A stretch of 64,000 nucleotides of DNA, taken from positions 1,440,001 through 1,504,000 of the forward strand of contig OZ244852.1 of the NCBI GenBank assembly GCA_965220965.1. Direction: 5' to 3'. Position 1 is the first letter of the stretch. Every line of letters begins with the position of its first letter. The DNA comes from Candidatus Marinacidobacterium sp. (GTDB lineage: Bacteria; Acidobacteriota; Vicinamibacteria; Marinacidobacterales; Marinacidobacteraceae). Shown piece after piece: positions 57,562 to 64,000 of the stretch. The notes beneath the pieces are model-generated. The model was not told the DNA's origin. It saw nothing but the letters and a program-made list of their open reading frames with translations, and did no database searches. The translations under genes were made by a program, and so were the position numbers.

Positions 57562-58586
57562 CGGGGCAGGTCGCGCGCCGCCGGAAGGCCGGGCAGCGAC
57601 TCGGCGGAGCGGACCGCATCCAGCACCGCCCGGGCGACGACCTCGGCGGCGAGCGCCCCGACCCGGCCGGCCGAAGCCGCGGGTCCGTCCCCGGTGGAGA
57701 GCGCGAAGAGCGTGTCCCCGTCCGACGGCGTGTGGATGGGGTAGATGGTCCGGGCGAGCCCGTCGTGCGCCATCCGCGCCACCCGGGTCGCCTCGGCCTG
57801 GGTGAGCGGCGCGTTGACCGCCACCACGCCGATCGTGGTGTTCCCGCGCGGCCCCGGCGCCGGCTCGCCGGCCGCGCCCTCGACCAGCAGCCGTCGCGCA
57901 TCGGCGAGCGTTCCGTCTTCGGCCCGGACGCCGGCCACGACCTCCCCGTTCGCCGGGTCGACCACATCCCCCACCGAGTTCACCGCGATGAGCGCGGCCA
58001 CGACGAGCCCGTCATCGAAGCGGAGCGAGGCCGACCCCAGGCCACCCTTCATCGCCCGCGCCATCCCCCGGCTCTTGCCCACCGTGGCCCCGGCGCCCGC
58101 CCCGACGTTCCCGCGCCGGACCGGCGCTCCGCTCGCCGCCTCGGCGGCCGCCGCGCCGCACGCCGGACCGGGGCGCTCCGCTCCCTCGCCGGCGACGCCC
58201 AGGTCGAACAGGATGGCCGCCGGGACGATGGGCACCCGGAACGGACCCACCGGAAAGCCCACGCCGCGCTCTTCGAGCCAGTCCATGACCCCGTCGGCGA
58301 CGGCCAACCCGAACGCGCTCCCCCCGGAGAGCGAGACGGCGTGGACCCGCTCGACCGAGTTCACCGGGTCGAGAAGGTCCGTCTCGCGGGTCCCGGGCGC
58401 GCCGCCGCGCACGTCCACGCCCCCGATCGCCCCGGCGCGGGTCAGCACGACCGTGCATCCGGTCCGCCCTCCGGGAAGCTCGTGGTGGCCGACTTCGACG
58501 GCGGCGACCGCGGTGAGTCCGGGGTCGGGCCCCGAAGGAGACTGTCCGGCGCCGAGAGCCAGCAGGATCGCCGCCGCGAACGCCAT
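57558..58586 (-). CDS. P1/S58 (DmpA-like) peptidase
   Basis: DVRGGAPGTRETD, GGSAFGL, GNTTIG, AHDGLAR, DGDT.F. Confidence 0.9.
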   Translation of the reverse strand: MAFAAAILLALGAGQSPSGPDPGLTAVAAVEVGHHELPGGRTGCTVVLTRAGAIGGVDVRGGAPGTRETDLLDPVNSVERVHAVSLSGGSAFGLAVADGVMDWLEERGVGFPVGPFRVPIVPAAILFDLGVAGEGAERPGPACGAAAAEAASGAPVRRGNVGAGAGATVGKSRGMARAMKGGLGSASLRFDDGLVVAALIAVNSVGDVVDPANGEVVAGVRAEDGTLADARRLLVEGAAGEPAPGPRGNTTIGVVAVNAPLTQAEATRVARMAHDGLARTIYPIHTPSDGDTLFALSTGDGPAASAGRVGALAAEVVARAVLDAVRSAESLPGLPAARDLPR

Positions 58587-58669
58587 GGGCGGATTCTAGG
58601 AGTGACCGGGGGCTGGCCCTGACTCGCGCTCGGGAAGAGTCTGGCGGCGCCGCCGCTATCCTCGCCCGG

Positions 58670-59992
58670 ATGTCGGCGCTCCTTCCGGTCCCCGCCGACC
58701 TCGAGCCCCGCATCCTGCGCCAGGTGGAAGCCGACGCCGACGAGCTCGTGGCGTTCACCAGCGAGCTCATCCGGATCCCCACCGAGAACCCGCCCGGGCG
58801 GCACTACCCGGAGTGCGCCCGGCTGATCGGCGACCGCCTCGTCGATGCCGGTTGCGAGGTCGAGTACCTCGACCCGCCGGCGAACTTCGCGGACGAGTTG
58901 CCGGAGGGGCTCGCGAGCGAGGTCCGTAGAGCGCCGCCGAAGACCCCGAGGCGGAATGTCCTCGGCCGGGTGGGGACCGGACCCCGGCGGCTTCATCTGA
59001 ACGGCCACTTCGATGTCGTTCCCGCCGGATCGGGCTGGACCCGGGACCCCTACTCCGGCGCGGTGGAGAACGGATCCGTCCACGGGCGCGGGTCGTCGGA
59101 CATGAAGGGGGGCCTCGCCGCCGCGATTTACGCGGCGATCGCGCTCCGGCGGGCGGGCGTCGAACTGAACGGCGCGCTCGAGATCTCCGGCACCGTGGAC
59201 GAGGAGTCGGGCGGGCACGCCGGAGTCGCCTGGCTCGCCGCCGCCGGCCACATCGCGAAGGACACCGACGCCGTCATCATCCCGGAACCCTTCGGCTCCC
59301 ACCGGGTCTCGATCGGCCACCGGGGCGTCTACTGGTTCCGGGTCACCTCGCGCGGGGAAGTGGCGCACGGGAGCATGCCCTTCCTCGGCAGGAACGCCGT
59401 GCTTCCGCTCGGGCCGCTGCTGGAGGACATTCGCACCCGCTGGAAGGCGACCCTCGGCGCCCGCCGCACCGCGCTCCCGGTCATTCCCGAGGGCGCCCGC
59501 TTCGCGACGATCAACGTGAACAGCATCCGCGGGGGACAGTCCGGCGGCGGCCTCGAGTCCCCGCAGGTCCCGGACCGCGCCGAGCTGGTGGTGGACCGCC
59601 GTTTCCTCCCGGAGGAGGGCCTCGAGAAGGTCCGGTCCGAGACCGCGGCGTGGGTGGCGGAGTGCGCCGCCCGGACTCCGGACGCCGACTACCGGCTCGA
59701 GGAGCTCCTCGTCGTGGAGCCCACCCAGGCGCCGGCGGATTCGCTCGCGGTGGCGGCGGTGAAGTTCGGCGCGCGCCGCGCCCTCGGGACCGAGGTCGAG
59801 GAGGTGGCGAGTCCGGGCACCTACGACCAGAAGCACGTCGCCCGGATCGCCGGGGTCGCCGACTGCGTCGCCTACGGCCCCGGCATCCTCGAACTCGCCC
59901 ACCGGCCCGACGAGTTCTGCCCGGTCGACGAGCTGGTCGGCAGCGCGAAGGTCCTCGCGCTCGCCGCCGCCGCCATCCTCGGCGTTTCCTGA
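58670..59992 (+). CDS. ArgE/DapE-family M20 deacylase
   Basis: NGHFDVVP, GRGSSDMKGG, DEESGG, HGSMP, AHRPDE. Confidence 0.9.
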   Translation: MSALLPVPADLEPRILRQVEADADELVAFTSELIRIPTENPPGRHYPECARLIGDRLVDAGCEVEYLDPPANFADELPEGLASEVRRAPPKTPRRNVLGRVGTGPRRLHLNGHFDVVPAGSGWTRDPYSGAVENGSVHGRGSSDMKGGLAAAIYAAIALRRAGVELNGALEISGTVDEESGGHAGVAWLAAAGHIAKDTDAVIIPEPFGSHRVSIGHRGVYWFRVTSRGEVAHGSMPFLGRNAVLPLGPLLEDIRTRWKATLGARRTALPVIPEGARFATINVNSIRGGQSGGGLESPQVPDRAELVVDRRFLPEEGLEKVRSETAAWVAECAARTPDADYRLEELLVVEPTQAPADSLAVAAVKFGARRALGTEVEEVASPGTYDQKHVARIAGVADCVAYGPGILELAHRPDEFCPVDELVGSAKVLALAAAAILGVS

Positions 59993-60022
59993 GCGGGTGC
60001 AGGCCCCGCCGTCGTCCTGACG

Positions 60023-61189
60023 ATGGAAGGCAGCACCTCGCTCGTCATCATCGGGATCGCGGCGTTCGCGCTGCCCGCGGTCGCGGGCTGGATCCGGGTC
60101 CCGGCGGTGGTGCTCGAGATCCTCTTCGGCGTGCTGGTGGGCCCGGTGCTGGGCCTGATCGACGGGAGCGAACTGCTCGACAACATCGGCGAGCTTGGCC
60201 TTCTCATGCTCATGTTCCTCGCCGGGTTCGAGATCGACTTCGCCGCGCTCCGGCGCGGCGGCGCGCTGCCCATCGTCCAGGCGCTCACCGTGTTCGCGGG
60301 GACGCTGGCGCTCTCGTTCCTCGCCGCCGCCTGGCTCGAGCTGCCGATCTTCTACGGGCCGGTCCTCGCGACCACTTCCGCGGCGCTGGTGCTGCCGAGT
60401 CTCCGCGCCACCGGCCTCACGAACCGGAGCCTCGGACAGGCGATCCTGGTGGCGGCGGTGATCGCCGACCTCGTCACGCTGCTGGTCGTCGCCGAGATCA
60501 CGATCTGGGCTCGGGACGGGTTCGGGATCGAGCTGATCAACGGCCCGCTGCTGCTGGTCGCGGTGGTCCTCGTCCTCCGGGTGCTCAAGCTGGCGCTCTG
60601 GTGGCGCCCGCACGGGGTCGCGCGGCTGTTCCGCAAGGACGACCCCGACGAGATGGGGATCCGCGGCGCGCTCGCGCTGCTGCTCATCTTCGTGGGGCTC
60701 TCCACCGCGCTCGATGTCGAGGGCATCCTCGCCGCGTTCCTCGCCGGAGGCGTCTTCGCCCTGCTGTTCCGGCCGCCGGAGAGCCTCCGCCACCAGCTCT
60801 CCGGGCTCTCGTGGGGATTCCTGATCCCCATCTTCTTCATCAACGTGGGCCTGCGCTTCGACGTGGCGGCGCTGGGCAACGCCGAAGCCCTGTCGCTCGC
60901 CGGGGTCCTCATCGCGGTCGCGTTCCTCGTGAAGTTCCTCCCGGCGATGCTCTACATGCTGTGGGGGTTCTCACTGCGGGCGGCGGCCGCCGCCGGGTTC
61001 CTGCTGTCGGCGCGGCTCAGCCTGGTGGTGGCGGTCGCCACCGTCGGGCTCGAGCTCGGGCTGCTGGATGAGCAGGACCGCGCGATCGCGGTGATGATCG
61101 CCGCGGTCACCTCGGTGGTCTGTCCCATCCTCTTCCGCCGGCTGGTCTCCGGCGGCGAGGCGGAGAGCCCGTCAACGACGGCGGGCTGA
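60023..61189 (+). CDS. CPA2-family cation:proton antiporter
   Basis: P.VV.EI..G...GP, LMFLAGFEID, AFLAG, PIFF..VG. Confidence 0.9.
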   Translation: MEGSTSLVIIGIAAFALPAVAGWIRVPAVVLEILFGVLVGPVLGLIDGSELLDNIGELGLLMLMFLAGFEIDFAALRRGGALPIVQALTVFAGTLALSFLAAAWLELPIFYGPVLATTSAALVLPSLRATGLTNRSLGQAILVAAVIADLVTLLVVAEITIWARDGFGIELINGPLLLVAVVLVLRVLKLALWWRPHGVARLFRKDDPDEMGIRGALALLLIFVGLSTALDVEGILAAFLAGGVFALLFRPPESLRHQLSGLSWGFLIPIFFINVGLRFDVAALGNAEALSLAGVLIAVAFLVKFLPAMLYMLWGFSLRAAAAAGFLLSARLSLVVAVATVGLELGLLDEQDRAIAVMIAAVTSVVCPILFRRLVSGGEAESPSTTAG

Positions 61190-61280
61190 ACTCCTTCGCC
61201 GGGCGGACGGCGGCGGCGGCGACACCCCGCGCTCCATTAGACTCGGGCGGGACTATCCGGACCCCGAAGGAAGCGCTTCC

Positions 61281-62534
61281 ATGACCCCGACCCTGCCCCC
61301 GACGACCCGGCGGAGTTTTCTCCGTTCCGCCGCCGCCCTGCCCGTCTTCGCCCCGCTGGCCCGCGCCGCCGCGGCCGACGACGAGTCGTTCTTCCGCCTC
61401 GTCCGGCGGGAGTTCCCGTTCACCGAGGAGAAGGTTCCGATGAACGCGGCGAATCTCTGCCCGTCGCCGCGCTCGGTGGCGGACACCGTGACCGAACTGA
61501 CCCGCGACATGGACCGCGACTGCTCGTTCCAGAACCGGGGCAAGTTCAGCGGACTCCGGGAAGCCGCCCGCGAGGCGGTGGCCGCCCAGCTCGGCGTCAC
61601 CGCGGACGAGGTCGCGCTCGTCCGGAACACCAGCGAGGCCAACAACATCGTGAACGGCGGGGTGTCTCTCGGCCCGGGCGACGAGGTCATCCTCTGGGAC
61701 CAGAACCACCCCACGAACAACGTGGCGTGGGAGGTGCGCGCCGCCCGCTACGGGTTCACGGTGAAGCGGGTCGCCACGCCGAAGCATCCGGAAAACGAGA
61801 ACGCCCTCGCGGCGCCGTTCCTCGAGGCGGTGACCCCGGCGACGAAGGTCATGGCGATCACCCACGTCTCGAACGTCTCCGGGATCCGCCTGCCGGTCCG
61901 GAAGATCGCCGACGGCATCGCCGGCCGCGACATCCATCTGCACCTCGACGGCGCGCAGAGCCTCGGCGCGCTGGTCATCGACCTCCCGGCGCTCGGCGCG
62001 GACACCTACGCCTCGAGCTCGCACAAGTGGTACTGCGGGCCCAAGGAGGCGGGCGTCCTCGCCGTCCGGAGCGACTCGATCCCCGCCATCTGGCCCGCCG
62101 AAGTCGCCCCCGGCTGGGGAAGCGACGCCGATCCCGACCCGGTCGGCGCCCGGAAGTTCGAGTCGATGGGCCAGCGCGACGATCCCTGCCTCGCCGCGAT
62201 GGAGACGACCGCCGCCTTCCACGCCGAAATCGGGACGAAGCGGGTCGAGGAGCGCGTCCTCGCGCTCGCCCGGCGCCTCAAGGAGGAGATCCGAGACCTC
62301 GGCCTCCCGCTGGTCACCCCGGTGGCCGACGAGATGTCGGGCGGCGTCGTCATCCTCGAAACGCTGCCCGACAAGCAGGGCGAGCTGTTCGCCCGGATGT
62401 ACGACGAGTACGGGATCGCCGGCTCGACGGCTGGCGGGTTCCGCCTCTCACCGCACGTCTACAACACCGAAGAGCACATCGAGCGCGCGCTCGCTGGGCT
62501 CAAGGAGATGTGCGACCTGATCGTCGAGCGGTAG
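61281..62534 (+). CDS. Tat-exported class V PLP-dependent aminotransferase
   Basis: TRRSFL Tat motif; RNTSE, DGAQS.G, SSHKW, RLSPH.YN. Confidence 0.9.
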   Translation: MTPTLPPTTRRSFLRSAAALPVFAPLARAAAADDESFFRLVRREFPFTEEKVPMNAANLCPSPRSVADTVTELTRDMDRDCSFQNRGKFSGLREAAREAVAAQLGVTADEVALVRNTSEANNIVNGGVSLGPGDEVILWDQNHPTNNVAWEVRAARYGFTVKRVATPKHPENENALAAPFLEAVTPATKVMAITHVSNVSGIRLPVRKIADGIAGRDIHLHLDGAQSLGALVIDLPALGADTYASSSHKWYCGPKEAGVLAVRSDSIPAIWPAEVAPGWGSDADPDPVGARKFESMGQRDDPCLAAMETTAAFHAEIGTKRVEERVLALARRLKEEIRDLGLPLVTPVADEMSGGVVILETLPDKQGELFARMYDEYGIAGSTAGGFRLSPHVYNTEEHIERALAGLKEMCDLIVER

Positions 62535-62579
62535 GCGAACAGGGCGCGGGCGAACCGCGGAACGGCGGCCGGCGCCGGG

Positions 62580-64000
62580 TTACGCCTCGGCGTCGCCGGC
62601 CTTGGCCTTGTGCGTGGTCGGGAGATGGACCTCCAGATCCGTCCCGTAGTGGAGGCCCGCGACCTCGCAGGCGCGCCGGATGAGCTTCTCCTTCTGCTTG
62701 TTGGGCATGTGGAGTCCCAGCCACCAGCCTCCCGGCAGTTCGCGGGACTCGCTGACACACCTGGCGGGGTCGTTGGGGTACAGCTCGTAGCGGTCCCGAG
62801 CGAGGTACGGCCGGGAATGGCCGCGCACCTCGGTGGCGAAGCGCTCGCAGAACGTCGGAACCCGCGTCGCCAACTCGGAGAAGACTTCGCTCAGAAGGTC
62901 CTTGGCAACCGCGAAACGACGCGTCTCGCCGTCGATCGTGAACGAAGATGGTCCCGATCCCCGGCGTTTTCGGTGAGTCGTCGGGAGGTGGACTTCGAGA
63001 TCCTTCCCGTAGCGGAGGCTCGCCAGCTCGCAGGCGCGCCGGATCAGCTTTTCCTTCTGAGCCCTGCTGGAATGGACGCCCAGCCACCAGCCGCCGGGGA
63101 GTTCCCGGGAATCATGGAGGCATTTGGCGGGGTCGCCGGGGTAGAGGTCGTTCCGGTCGCGGGCGAGATAGACGAGGGAGCGACCGCGGACCTGCGCAGC
63201 AAACCGCTCAAGGAAGCTCGGGTCCCGCTCCGCCAGCGTCGTCAGGGCCGCCACCAGGACATCGCGCCCGGTCCGGAAGCGACGGGTCACGCCAAGCACG
63301 GTGAGCGAGAGCGGGAGAGCGGGGCCCGGGTCGTCGGGGCGATCGGGACCGTTCGGTGAAGGCTTCCGCGCGCCCCGCTCTTCGCGCCCGTCATCTACCA
63401 GCTTCGGGACCGGGTGCTCCCCTCCCCCCGACTTCCGCCAGAGGAACGCGCGGATGTCCGACTCCTCCGGACGGACCCCGGTGTCGTCCTCCACGCGCGC
63501 CGCAAAGTCTTTGACGAGCTGGCGGGAAGGCTGCCGCAGGAGGGCGGCCCATGCCGACGGAAGCGCCGCGCGCGCCTTGCGATCGCGCTGGGCCTTTTTC
63601 AAGGCCCGCCACGCTGCCTGTTGAGCTTCGCCCGAGCGGACATGATCCCGACGCAGGAACCGCGTCAGCGCTTCGGCCACCTGATCCGGCTCGTCCTGGA
63701 TGAGGTCGAGGCGCGCGAAGCAGCGTTCGTCGTAGGTTCCCGCTCCAGCAGGGAAAAAGAGCTTCCAGGACCTCCCATCGGTGAGGACGGCGATCGGCAC
63801 GCCCTGATGGAAGCAGTACTGGAACAACTGCTCCTCGCCCTTGGAACCGGCCTTGCCGACGTCCTTGACCTCAAGGAGCACGAGAGGCTTGCGGGGCGAG
63901 CCGCAGAGCGCGTAGTCCGCTCTTCGGCTTCCGATCGGGAACTCGGGGCTCACCTCCCCCGGGTCGTAGACGTTCCAGTCCAGCGCCGCGAGCAGGCGCG
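62580..64000 (-). CDS. HsdR_N-like restriction nuclease fused to two tandem SeqA-like domains (5' end beyond the window)
   Basis: LLAALDWNVYDP.EV.PE, RADYAL, LEVK, EQL..Y, LTDGR.W; two ~110-aa internal repeats ending LEVHLPTTH. Confidence 0.8.
   Translation of the reverse strand, partial: RLLAALDWNVYDPGEVSPEFPIGSRRADYALCGSPRKPLVLLEVKDVGKAGSKGEEQLFQYCFHQGVPIAVLTDGRSWKLFFPAGAGTYDERCFARLDLIQDEPDQVAEALTRFLRRDHVRSGEAQQAAWRALKKAQRDRKARAALPSAWAALLRQPSRQLVKDFAARVEDDTGVRPEESDIRAFLWRKSGGGEHPVPKLVDDGREERGARKPSPNGPDRPDDPGPALPLSLTVLGVTRRFRTGRDVLVAALTTLAERDPSFLERFAAQVRGRSLVYLARDRNDLYPGDPAKCLHDSRELPGGWWLGVHSSRAQKEKLIRRACELASLRYGKDLEVHLPTTHRKRRGSGPSSFTIDGETRRFAVAKDLLSEVFSELATRVPTFCERFATEVRGHSRPYLARDRYELYPNDPARCVSESRELPGGWWLGLHMPNKQKEKLIRRACEVAGLHYGTDLEVHLPTTHKAKAGDAEA

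Overview
High-GC bacterial chromosomal window, mostly housekeeping and metabolic genes: ygfZ, copA/copB, an ABC exporter, mscS, murA/murB, an aromatic amino-acid decarboxylase, addB/addA, katG, peptidases and transporters. The main accessory region (10.9-25.7 kb) is a type I-G (I-U) CRISPR-Cas interference operon (cas7/csb1, csb2, cas3 with C-terminal HD domain, short cas8g2) with no cas1/cas2/cas4 in the window. It is followed by a 37-bp-repeat array (by my count 38 full and 2 truncated repeats) broken into three blocks by two different IS21-family elements and two orphan transposon ends, and bracketed by two solo IS3-OrfA-like HTH genes. Reading the spacers as codons shows a synonymous-recoded spacer pair (same peptide GVECLIPEHGVR, 9 silent differences), a terminase-like target and a ribonucleotide-reductase-like target. 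Other candidate defence loci are a frameshifted SDH/ClpP-like protease with a small partner ORF, an AAA_14-DUF4143 gene preceded by 22-23-bp tandem repeats, an RloA/AbiLi-like ATPase paired with an unknown ORF, and an HsdR_N-type nuclease fused to two tandem SeqA-like domains at the right edge. All family calls come from motif recognition by eye; no searches were run.
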